64,000 bases of DNA from an uncultured Chloroflexia bacterium (GTDB lineage: Bacteria > Chloroflexota > Chloroflexia > QHBQ01 > JADMIH01), in assembly GCA_963797095.1 (NCBI GenBank), contig CAWCNY010000003.1:96001-160000 (forward strand), written 5' to 3'. The translations under genes were made by a program, and so were the position numbers. Below the pieces are notes generated by a model. The model was not told the DNA's origin. It searched no databases and was given only the letters and a program-made list of their open reading frames with translations. Shown one piece after another: positions 1 to 8,381 of the stretch. Each line of letters opens with the position of its first letter. Positions within the stretch are counted from its first letter, which is position 1.

Positions 1-1212
1 CGGCATCTGCACGCGCAAAAGCGTCGGTGGACAGATGGGTCCGTTGTACTCCCCATCTCTGGAGCGTGAGAAGACCAGTGCGTCGTAGAGAGCCAAGGTC
101 TTCGCAGTTTGGAGGCATTCAGCAGTTTCACGGGGACCAGAACCGAGACCGGCGTCAGTATCGGCATCGGCATCGGCATCGGCATCGGCATCGGTATCGG
201 TGTCCCAAAGATGAGTAGGATCAGGCAGACAACGGAACGCCAACACCTTGCCGGTTTGTTGGAGCCCAACACCTGCCTTGTGGGTGATTTCTTCCCGCAC
301 CACAACCAGCAGTGAGTTTCCGGCTGCGTCAGTATCGTCAGTATCGTCAGTATCGTCAGTATCGTCAGTATCGTCAGTATCGTCAGTATCGTCAGTATCG
401 TCAGTATCGTCAGTGTCACGGTCAGCTTCATGGTCACGATGCATAGGCTGCTGAATTGACTGTTGGAGTGGCTTCTGAACTGGCCATTGCAGTCGGATTG
501 GTATACTCCGCCAGGTAATCGTCCAGATAGCCGGGTGTGGCCGAGGCCGGCATTCGCTCAGGGTAATGAGACGACTGCGAGTAAGGCTAGCGCAAAGAGC
601 TATCACCACATCCATTGGCAACGGCTTTACCCCTGCGGCCCCAGCCATGCGGCGCAGGATCTCCCAGACAGTGCGAGTATCCAGCAGCAATGGGGAGGAG
701 TAAAGGGCCTCGACCATCTCCGCTATGGACTGGGTTACCCTGGCGAAAAAGGCCAGCATAGCAACTGCTGTCTTGGGGGTCTTCGGAACTGCTGGACAGG
801 ATACTCCCCCTGGCGTCACTTTGGTTCGCAAGTCCTTGGTTCGCAAGTCCAACAGGTCCAACAGGTCCGACGGGTCTGAAGAGCGGGAGGGGTTGAGAGA
901 GGGCGAGGAGCAGGGGGAGCAGGGGGAGCAGGGAATGTACGGAAAGCGTGCTTCTGCCTTACGCTGCACGAGCAACTCCCACAAACTTACCTCCTTGAGC
1001 CAGGGTAGTACCTCATACAGATCAGGTTCATACTCGGCCACGTCGAGCAATCGACCAAGCAGGCGCGCAAGCTGCTGGACCTCTTGTTCTTGGAGTTGCT
1101 CGGTGCGCTCGATGCCGTCTTCTGAGCGTTGCAGCGGCCATGCAAGCGGCCGAGCAAGTGGCCAAGCAGGAGCACCCGTGACGTTGAACGGGTTCACCCT
1201 CATCGGGTCCAT
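1..1212 (-). CDS. TnsB-related hypothetical protein (degenerate transposase paralogue), 3'-partial, >404 aa
   Basis: Absent from the ORF track. ATG at 1212 overlaps the TAA of tnsC (TAATG), and I read the frame open to base 1 (MDPMRVNPF...LALYDALVFSRSRDGEYNGPICPPTLLRVQMP). Segments align by eye with TnsB. Confidence 0.75.
   Translation of the reverse strand, partial: MDPMRVNPFNVTGAPAWPLARPLAWPLQRSEDGIERTEQLQEQEVQQLARLLGRLLDVAEYEPDLYEVLPWLKEVSLWELLVQRKAEARFPYIPCSPCSPCSSPSLNPSRSSDPSDLLDLLDLRTKDLRTKVTPGGVSCPAVPKTPKTAVAMLAFFARVTQSIAEMVEALYSSPLLLDTRTVWEILRRMAGAAGVKPLPMDVVIALCASLTRSRLITLSECRPRPHPAIWTITWRSIPIRLQWPVQKPLQQSIQQPMHRDHEADRDTDDTDDTDDTDDTDDTDDTDDTDDTDDTDAAGNSLLVVVREEITHKAGVGLQQTGKVLAFRCLPDPTHLWDTDTDADADADADADTDAGLGSGPRETAECLQTAKTLALYDALVFSRSRDGEYNGPICPPTLLRVQMP
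160..201. repeat. hexamer tandem repeat (ATCGGC)5(ATCGGT)2, encoding Asp-Ala/Asp-Thr
   Basis: Seen directly; in frame within the 1..1212 ORF. Confidence 0.95.
328..414. repeat. nonamer tandem repeat (GTCAGTATC)9 plus a partial copy, encoding (DDT)n
   Basis: Seen directly; in frame within the 1..1212 ORF. Confidence 0.97.
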
Positions 1213-2234
1213 TAGGAAATCGCCTCTTGCCCAGGTTGCCCGGCTGTTGCCTTGGGTGTTGTCTTCGATGTCCGAGTTGCCCGGGATCCATGCGGTGGCC
1301 GTTGCTCGGACGCTGCCTCGTAAGGCCCTGTCTCGTGAGGCCCGCTCGTCGAAACCCCGCCTTGTGGTCCTTGCCGCAGCTTGGGCAAGTGCGGGATCAG
1401 TATCAAGTGCAGCGTTTCGGCCAGGCTCTCCTGGGTGATCCGCTCTGCCCCTCGTGCGCACGCTATCTGGCTGGCATATTGCAGCACCACCCTCAGCTTC
1501 CGAAACGACGGACATACCCTCTGCCACAACTGGATGCCCATCTGCCGGTCCTCGGGGTTATCGGCGTCATAATGCCATAGCGGAAGGGTCATGCTAGGTA
1601 GCACAGCGGTCAACACCTCTTCCTGGGTGAGAGGCAAGAACTCCATGTGCAGACCGATGCGGCTCACGAACTTCTCGTGGCGGTTGATCACCCGCAGAAT
1701 TCGGGGAAGCCCCACAATCACGATGGGGCAGCCGGTTCGGTCGAAGACATGGCGTAAGAACTCGAAGCTCTCCACGTTCAGCCAGTCTCCCTCATCAACC
1801 AGCACCAGATCCAGGTCGTTGCGCCTGATGGCTTCCGTGGCTACCTTTTCCATGTCGTAGACGTTGGAGTTGCATCGGTCCCCGCTCAGGGTGCTGACCA
1901 ATGTCCTGGCTAGAGCCTTGGCAGTGGAGCGCGGGCTGACCTTGATCCCCACACAAGAGGGGAAGCCGCTGTATGCACGGGGCTTGAGGTCTTGTAGGTA
2001 AGTCTGAATGGCAATCGTTTTGCCCAATCCTGCATCGCCTGTGACGATACCCATGGTGGCGTAGCCGGTCTGCTCGCGTGATTGCAAGATGAACTGCATG
2101 CAGGCGTGGAAGCGCTTGACGCTGTTGGTAATGATCGGTGCCTGGCCGAACGGCAGGCGGTTCTCAAAATCGAGGTCATCGGCATATTCGGGGATCATCG
2201 TGGTAGTTGGGGACATAGGGTTCATGGGGGTCAT
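1212..2234 (-). CDS. TnsC/TniB/MuB-like AAA+ ATPase
   Basis: Walker A GDAGLGKT, Walker B LVLVDEGD, IVIVG and FVSRI motifs; overlaps the stop of the transposase gene (ATGA). Confidence 0.88.
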   Translation of the reverse strand: MTPMNPMSPTTTMIPEYADDLDFENRLPFGQAPIITNSVKRFHACMQFILQSREQTGYATMGIVTGDAGLGKTIAIQTYLQDLKPRAYSGFPSCVGIKVSPRSTAKALARTLVSTLSGDRCNSNVYDMEKVATEAIRRNDLDLVLVDEGDWLNVESFEFLRHVFDRTGCPIVIVGLPRILRVINRHEKFVSRIGLHMEFLPLTQEEVLTAVLPSMTLPLWHYDADNPEDRQMGIQLWQRVCPSFRKLRVVLQYASQIACARGAERITQESLAETLHLILIPHLPKLRQGPQGGVSTSGPHETGPYEAASEQRPPHGSRATRTSKTTPKATAGQPGQEAIS

Positions 2235-3964
2235 AGGAGTTCTCCTTTCGGATTGATCTGGTCAGTTTGTTCGGCCTGCTGGGTTTGCTGGGCCACGAGG
2301 AAATCGAATAGGTCTGGCTGGTGAGTTGCCAGGGCTGTTTGGGATGGTGGGCCTGTTTGAAGGTTTAGAGGCAGGTCTAGCGCATGTAGCGCATGAGTTG
2401 GTTTCTTCTTGCCTTGTTGGTTGGAGGGGGCAGCAGTCTGGAGCGGAGCCCGGAGCATCTTGTCTACCTCATGTGCGTCCTCGTGTGCAGCCTTGATGCG
2501 GCTACGAACATGTGCCCGCTGCCGGCGTTGTGCTTCGACAATTACCTGGCGCTCAAGCGTCTGCCCTTGTGGGGAACTGAGTGCGAAGGCCGTGCAGCGC
2601 CACTTTCCCTCGAAGAACACCTCAATCTCGTCTGGGGCCGTGTAATGGGGAGCAGCGCGCACCAACACGTCCTCGCCGACCAGGACCGACAACTCCAGGT
2701 GCCAGTAGCGCTCTGAGGCGTACTTGATCCCATCCTTGTGCACCCGCCTGGTCGCCGGCTCTTTCAGCAGCATATCCAGCAAGCGCAGGAGTTGATCATC
2801 TACAGGAATTGGAGTGGCGTTGCGCTCCCAAAACTCAAGAGGTGTCTGACTGGTCTCGCTGTGGGCCTCATGCACTTCGTGGTGGTAGCGATCGATGAAT
2901 GCCCGAAAGTGTTCATCGAGTTGGGAGATGGTAAGCTCGGCTTTGGCCTTCGGGTTGCGCTCTGCGACGTTTGAGCCCACATAGCCGGGGAGGGTGGACC
3001 AAAGCCGCGTGTCCAGCGTCCTGTGCAGCCGCTCGACGATACCCCGTATCTCCGGGTCGTGTGGAGGTCCGGGGACCAGCTTGATACCCAACCCTTCCGC
3101 CAGTTGATAGACGTGGCGAGCGACCAGGTCTTTGCCGTTGTCGATCCATATCTCGTCAGGCACGCCTCCAAAAGCCTTGTGTTCATTAGTGAGCATTGCC
3201 TCTCGGATAGCGGCGGCCACCGTGAAGCGGTTAGGCTCGTCGTAGCTGAATAACCCGGCCATCACCAGGCGGGACGCGCTGTCGACTACCATCGTCAGGA
3301 ATGGCCGCACTTCTCCTGAAGTTCGCCGGTGAGAAACTGCTCTTAGGTCGCGCACCATCACGTGGAGGGGATCCTTGTGGTCGATCTGCCAGACGACACG
3401 ATGAGGATCATGCCGTATGGGGTAGGTCAGGCGGTATCGATTGCGGAATTCCCCCTCTCGTCCATCAGCGAGCAGTCGCACCGGCTCCGGTATCTGAGCG
3501 CAGATGGAGCGGACCTGGTAGAGAGTAGGTGGCGCTTCCCCCGCTGCAGATGCATACTGGCAGGCTAGCTCATACACGTAGCGAACCGGGGCATCGCGAT
3601 GGGTCAGCCGCAGGCTCTCAACGACCTGGGTCATGTGAGGGCTGAGGCCATGAGGTTTGCCTCTGTCGGTACGAGCACGAGGAGCAAGGCCTGCTAAGCC
3701 GTAGCGCTGGTAGCGGGTGTGGTAGTATCGCAATATGCGAACAGACACTCCTACCTCTCGTGCCCGCTGGTCAAGGGTGGCATTGCTAACCCGTTCTCGT
3801 TCAGCCAGATCCCCGAGCAGAGTGCGCCGACGGAAAAGCTCCTGGAGGTCCTGCTCGGAGAGAGCGCCAATATCCGGGTTGGGAGCGTCCCTTGGGGCCA
3901 CCCGGTCGGACGGTCGTTGTGGTGCTGACTTTGGTTCTAGTCCTGGTTCCCGTTGTTGTTTCAT
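2231..3964 (-). CDS. TnsB/TniA/MuA-like DDE transposase
   Basis: N-terminal HTH (YQRYGLAGLAPRARTDRG), catalytic WQID...WIDNG...GIVER, and a Mu-transposase-type C-terminal region. Confidence 0.92.
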   Translation of the reverse strand: MKQQREPGLEPKSAPQRPSDRVAPRDAPNPDIGALSEQDLQELFRRRTLLGDLAERERVSNATLDQRAREVGVSVRILRYYHTRYQRYGLAGLAPRARTDRGKPHGLSPHMTQVVESLRLTHRDAPVRYVYELACQYASAAGEAPPTLYQVRSICAQIPEPVRLLADGREGEFRNRYRLTYPIRHDPHRVVWQIDHKDPLHVMVRDLRAVSHRRTSGEVRPFLTMVVDSASRLVMAGLFSYDEPNRFTVAAAIREAMLTNEHKAFGGVPDEIWIDNGKDLVARHVYQLAEGLGIKLVPGPPHDPEIRGIVERLHRTLDTRLWSTLPGYVGSNVAERNPKAKAELTISQLDEHFRAFIDRYHHEVHEAHSETSQTPLEFWERNATPIPVDDQLLRLLDMLLKEPATRRVHKDGIKYASERYWHLELSVLVGEDVLVRAAPHYTAPDEIEVFFEGKWRCTAFALSSPQGQTLERQVIVEAQRRQRAHVRSRIKAAHEDAHEVDKMLRAPLQTAAPSNQQGKKKPTHALHALDLPLNLQTGPPSQTALATHQPDLFDFLVAQQTQQAEQTDQINPKGELL

Positions 3965-4126
3965 CGTTCCAACCTCCTTTCAACCTCTTCCTTGGTGAAG
4001 AGGAAATCGATATTTCTTGCTGTCGCTCCCTGTTGTATACTCCTTTAGAGAATCCGTCCATGCCTAACAGTCCCCACTCAGCAGGGTGCTAGGCTCTACT
4101 AAGGAGTTGGAATAACAGCGGGAAAT

Positions 4127-5272
4127 ATGGACAGGCTGGTTGATGAGACAAGGAAGAGGGGAGGGGGAAGAGTGGAACGAATGGATCGAGTAACCCCAAT
4201 CAAGAAGAATCGATCACAGCGGCCTGTGCCTCCTCAAGAGCGGTTGGCTGAACAACTTGAGGACTGGCGACGGTCACTGCAGGAACAGGATCGTTCGCCT
4301 GGCACAGTCGAGAAGTATGTCGAGGCGGTGCAGCGCTTTCTGACCTGGTTTGAGCACGAGGAAGGCGGCGGTGCGCCTTTACAAGTGGAGGCGCTCACAC
4401 CGATTGCCCTAATCGGCTATCGAAACTACCTGCAGCATGAACAACAGAAGTCGGTTAGCACTATCAACCTCCGTATCAGTGCCTTGCGCGCCTGGTGCGG
4501 TTGGCTGGTTGATCAGGGCTACCTGACTTCTGACCCTTCTGCCCGGGTAAAGCTGGTGAGGACGGCGAGCATGAACAAAGACGGCAGCGGGGCCAGTTCC
4601 AAACGAGAAGGGCTCACCGGTCCTCAAGTCAATGCTCTTCTTCGGCAGGCTCAAGCCTCCAGCGAGGCAGAGCGCAACTACGCCATTTTGCAAGTATTGC
4701 TGCAAACAGGCATTCGCTTGAGCGAGTGCAGCAGCTTGCGACTTGGCGATATCACACTTGGGGAGCGTAGCGGCATGCTGCTGGTGAGGGCGGGTAAAGG
4801 TAACAAAACTCGTTCGGTGCCTCTCAATGCTTCAGCCCGTGAGGCTCTGACCGTCTACGTCGCACCCCGCTTAGGTCCAGAAGAAGGAGAAGATGGAGCG
4901 GAAAAGAAGGCGTCGTTGAAGGTGCTTTTCAAGACCGTGGCTGCGAACTGGCCCAGGGCCGGAACGCCTCAGGCTCTTGAGCCATTGTGGCTTAGCCGCA
5001 AAGGAGGAGCGCTCACAAGTTCAGCTATCGGTCAGATGATGGCTGAACTTGTCAAGGCAGCAGGGAAGTTGGTCCCGCAAGAGACGAGCGTTCACTCTTT
5101 GCGCCATACGTTTGCTCGAAGCTACCTATCTTTATATCCCGGAGATGTGGTGGGCTTGGCAACGCTGCTGGGGCATAGTTCACTCGATACCACCCGCCTT
5201 TACAGCCAGCCTGGTGTGTCTCAGTTGGCTGCTCGTGTGGAAAGGCTCTCCCTCAACGCCTATTCGGGGTAA
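4127..5272 (+). CDS. tyrosine recombinase (XerC/D-like; probable resolvase of the transposon)
   Basis: TGIRLSE, GKGNK, HSLRH, LLGH and TRLY catalytic motifs; N-terminal SAM-like domain. The start could be 4181. Confidence 0.93.
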   Translation: MDRLVDETRKRGGGRVERMDRVTPIKKNRSQRPVPPQERLAEQLEDWRRSLQEQDRSPGTVEKYVEAVQRFLTWFEHEEGGGAPLQVEALTPIALIGYRNYLQHEQQKSVSTINLRISALRAWCGWLVDQGYLTSDPSARVKLVRTASMNKDGSGASSKREGLTGPQVNALLRQAQASSEAERNYAILQVLLQTGIRLSECSSLRLGDITLGERSGMLLVRAGKGNKTRSVPLNASAREALTVYVAPRLGPEEGEDGAEKKASLKVLFKTVAANWPRAGTPQALEPLWLSRKGGALTSSAIGQMMAELVKAAGKLVPQETSVHSLRHTFARSYLSLYPGDVVGLATLLGHSSLDTTRLYSQPGVSQLAARVERLSLNAYSG

Positions 5273-5345
5273 CATAGCAAAGCGCGCCACTTGGCCCTGG
5301 ATACCATCATGCCCGGACCGGATGCGGAATGGTTCACTCATGAAC

Positions 5346-5439
5346 CAGTGCAACTCAAAGCCGCAAATCAGTGCAACTCAAAGTCTCACTCAGTGCAATC
5401 CAAAGACGCGCGTAGTGCAACTCAAATCCTAAGGTTACA
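5346..5439. repeat. transposon end: four transposase-binding sites (YAGTGCAACTCAAAG consensus) plus terminal ACA
   Basis: Copies start at 5346, 5369, 5391 and 5413 (spacing 23/22/22); terminus GGTTACA at 5433-5439. Confidence 0.85.
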
Positions 5440-5483
5440 GCTGCGCATTTGAGCGGGATGCTTTTCGTACAGGTGCCTATGGA

Positions 5484-5522
5484 AATAGACCGTCATGCCA
5501 GGTGCTGGCATGACGGTCTATT
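5484..5522. terminator. perfect 18-bp-stem hairpin, possible terminator
   Basis: AATAGACCGTCATGCCAG-GTG-CTGGCATGACGGTCTATT. Confidence 0.55.
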
Positions 5523-5708
5523 AGTAACGAGAATGGCGATTCTCGGAACTATTCGCTCATTTAGCCGCTTCCCATAGCCAATATAGCAATGGGGATAGCA
5601 TCATGCGCGAGGCCGGGAATAGCCAAGTTTGGCGATGTCAGGCCTTGCCCATGATGCTATCATGGGCTAATGCTGCAGAAAGGTAACTGCGCGCAAGGAG
5701 TAGAAAAC

Positions 5709-7178
5709 ATGGTTTCTTCCCCACCGATCAAAGTTGGCCCGGATCAAATGGCCGTAGCCCTGGAGGTCTTCAGGCAAGCCTACCCAGCCTATGATCTGAC
5801 CTGGAAACTGGACCAATTGCGAGCCAGCGAATATGCGCGCCTGGACCGGCAAGGGCACGTTTATCTCGATTACACGGGTGGCGCTCTGTACGCCGAGTGC
5901 CAGTTGCGAGACCACATGGCGCTGCTCAACGAAGGGGTGTTCGGAAACCCCCACTCCAAGAACCTGACCTCGATGGCGATGACCAGGCTGGTGGAACAGG
6001 CCCGCGACTATGTCCTTCACTATTTCAACGCATCACCCGACGAGTACATGGTGATCTTCACCCAGAACGCCACCGGGGCGCTTAAGCTCGTGGGCGAGTC
6101 TTATCCTTTTGGACCTGAGGATACCTATTTATTGACCTTCGATAACCACAACTCTGTGAACGGCATTCGTGAGTTCGCCCGCACCAGGGGAGCAACGGTT
6201 ACATATATCCCGGTTGTGCTTCCGGACCTGCGCGCCGATGAAGTGCAACTGGCCCAGGCCCTGGAGAGTGGCCGCCCCGGAAAGAACAACCTGTTTGCCT
6301 ACCCGGCTCAGTCCAACTTCACCGGGGTGCAACACCCTCTTGAGTGGATTGCGCAAGCGCAATCGAAAGGTTGGGATGTGCTGCTGGACGCGGCCTCCTT
6401 CGCACCTGCCAACAGGCTGGACCTCAATCGTTGGCACCCCGACTTCGTTGACATCTCGTTCTACAAGATATTCGGCTATCCGACCGGCACGGGTTGTCTG
6501 CTGGTGCGCAACACCGCGGCGCGCAAGCTGCGACGCCCCTGGTACGCGGGAGGCACGATCACATTTTCTTCTGTGGTGGCAAGCGACCATTACCTGACGC
6601 CCGGCCCGGCGGGGTTCGAGGATGGAACGGTCAATTACCTCAGCTTGCCCGCGGTCGAGATCGGGCTTAAGTTCATCGAGTTGATCGGGATCGACCTGAT
6701 CCATACCAGGGTCATGTGCCTGACGGGCTGGCTCATCGACCGGCTGCTATCGCTCCGCCACAGCAACGGGAATCCGCTGATTCGTCTTTATGGGCCTGCG
6801 AACACCCATATGCGCGGCGGAACGATCCAGGTCAACTTCTTTGACCCCGATGGCACTTTGTGGGATTGCAACGACGTGGAGAGACTGGCGAACGACGAGC
6901 TAATTTCCCTGCGTGCCGGGTGCCACTGCAATCCGGGGGCGCGCGAGGTCGCGCTCGGATTTACAAAGGCTGATTTGCTGCCCTGTTTCCGGGACAAAGA
7001 TCGTCTCACATTCGAGCAGTTCTTGCATGTAATCGACGGCAAGACCACCGGAGCCCTCCGCGCCTCGATTGGCCTCGCAACTACCTTCGCTGATGTCCAT
7101 AAGTACGTGCAGTTTGCCCGGACCTTCATCGACAAACATGCCGGGTTGACGAATAGAAGGGGCGAGCACACCATATAG
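5709..7178 (+). CDS. class V PLP-dependent aminotransferase/cysteine desulfurase-like protein (molybdenum cofactor sulfurase N-domain-like)
   Basis: VYLDYTG, FGNPHS, DNHNSV, LLDAA, SFYKIFGYPTG (PLP lysine) and LRAGCHCNPG. An AGGAG RBS precedes ATG 5709; the ORF opens at 5670. Confidence 0.88.
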   Translation: MVSSPPIKVGPDQMAVALEVFRQAYPAYDLTWKLDQLRASEYARLDRQGHVYLDYTGGALYAECQLRDHMALLNEGVFGNPHSKNLTSMAMTRLVEQARDYVLHYFNASPDEYMVIFTQNATGALKLVGESYPFGPEDTYLLTFDNHNSVNGIREFARTRGATVTYIPVVLPDLRADEVQLAQALESGRPGKNNLFAYPAQSNFTGVQHPLEWIAQAQSKGWDVLLDAASFAPANRLDLNRWHPDFVDISFYKIFGYPTGTGCLLVRNTAARKLRRPWYAGGTITFSSVVASDHYLTPGPAGFEDGTVNYLSLPAVEIGLKFIELIGIDLIHTRVMCLTGWLIDRLLSLRHSNGNPLIRLYGPANTHMRGGTIQVNFFDPDGTLWDCNDVERLANDELISLRAGCHCNPGAREVALGFTKADLLPCFRDKDRLTFEQFLHVIDGKTTGALRASIGLATTFADVHKYVQFARTFIDKHAGLTNRRGEHTI

Positions 7179-7220
7179 CGGTGACGGGCTCGCTGACGGC
7201 CTGGGTAGAACTTGAAGTTG

Positions 7221-7260
7221 CCTTAGAGGGCGTATGCTGTTCAGCGTACGCCCTCTAAGG
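7221..7260. terminator. stem-loop after the aminotransferase gene
   Basis: CCTTAGAGGGCGTATGCTG-TT-CAGCGTACGCCCTCTAAGG inverted repeat. Confidence 0.6.
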
Positions 7261-7416
7261 TTCGGTCATGGAGTGGATGTGGCGGGGTTACAGTGGGTCA
7301 TACAGCAGTCGGAGCCATCCGAAAAGTACTATTGGTGCCGGTAATAGCGGGCCCTATACTTATGTATAGTAGATGGGCTTTCAGGCCACGGCACGATGTG
7401 TCAGAGGAGGCGAACG

Positions 7417-8196
7417 ATGAAGCAACTCTTGTATGTTATTGCGGCCTTAGCTTTACTTGCCACGGGCTACCTGATAGGAATTTCCGCAACGAGAACCGGC
7501 GAGGCAGGGCCTTTGTTGCAAGGCGGCTGCCAGGCGTTCCCCGAGACAAAACAGGCCGTCTGCGGTCAATTCCTGACATACTGGCAGGAACATGGAGGTC
7601 TCGCGCAGCAGGGCTATCCAATCAGCGGCGAGTTCCGGGAGCAGTCCGACCTTAACGGGCAGGTTTACACAGTACAATACTTCGAGCGCGCCGTGTTCGA
7701 GTACCACCCCGAGAACCCACCGCCCAACGATGTGCTGCTCTCTCAGCTTGGCACATTCAGGTACAAAGAAAAGTACGGGTCAGGCATACCGGGCGCTCAG
7801 CCCTCAGTCACCTCTGTGCCGCCTACTCCTCTGCCTGCCGCCGTTGTAAACCTGGGCGAGCCGGTCAGGCGCAACGGGCTGGTGTTCACTGTGATCAGAC
7901 TTGACCGCCTCCTCAAAAGGACCGACGTGATCTACACTGTGAAGAACGAGAGCGGAAGCCCTGTCACCTTCGTGCTCGCCAATAAAGACCAGCAGCTTCT
8001 CAACAGCGCGGGCCAGCCTCTGGAGCTTGCCAATCCGGATGCTGTCGCTACTATCACTCTGCAAGATGGGCAGGAGTACATGGGCGGCACTACCTTCAAT
8101 GGCGTTCTGGCGGCACGCACCGACCACGCTACGTACATCGCGGACAATATAACCGGAATCGGAAGCGTGCGAGTGACCATTCCGCTATCAGACTAA
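7417..8196 (+). CDS. secreted protein with a Chloroflexi-type FPET...GYPIS...QYFERA surface domain and a C-terminal Ig-like region
   Basis: GAGGAGG RBS, signal/TM segment, recognisable repeat motif and a Pro-rich linker. Confidence 0.75.
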   Translation: MKQLLYVIAALALLATGYLIGISATRTGEAGPLLQGGCQAFPETKQAVCGQFLTYWQEHGGLAQQGYPISGEFREQSDLNGQVYTVQYFERAVFEYHPENPPPNDVLLSQLGTFRYKEKYGSGIPGAQPSVTSVPPTPLPAAVVNLGEPVRRNGLVFTVIRLDRLLKRTDVIYTVKNESGSPVTFVLANKDQQLLNSAGQPLELANPDAVATITLQDGQEYMGGTTFNGVLAARTDHATYIADNITGIGSVRVTIPLSD

Positions 8197-8381
8197 CTGT
8201 ATTCCAGGGACTTCCAGCCAACCACCAACTATCTATATGCCTGGGTGTTCTTAATGGGTCTTTAATTGTAAAGTGCAACGCTTTCTCGGCTCTTCCCACT
8301 TTTTGGTGAACTCAACTAACCGGTAACTGGCGAGCCGCTCGATCCTAACTGCCCTAAGATACGCCGGGCTGGGCTGGTGCG

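Larger units (their letters stand above)
1..5439. mobile_element. Tn7/Tn5053/Mu-like DDE transposon, one end in the window (continues left of base 1)
   Basis: tnsB-like and tnsC-like genes are translationally coupled, with a divergent tyrosine recombinase. Four ~22-bp-spaced repeats are followed by a ...GGTTACA terminus (TGT on the minus strand) at 5439. Confidence 0.8.

Noticed and set aside
725-1438. Plus-strand ORFs over 1-1440 and other long antisense ORFs (e.g. 33820-34692, 36447-37430, 44351-45355, 52011-53027)
   Set aside because: They are shadow or alternate frames of real genes in GC-rich DNA, with no recognisable motifs.
5346-5427. Four 15-bp repeats as a mini CRISPR array
   Set aside because: Spacers are only 7-8 bp and there are no cas genes; the 22-bp period with terminal ACA fits transposase-binding sites.
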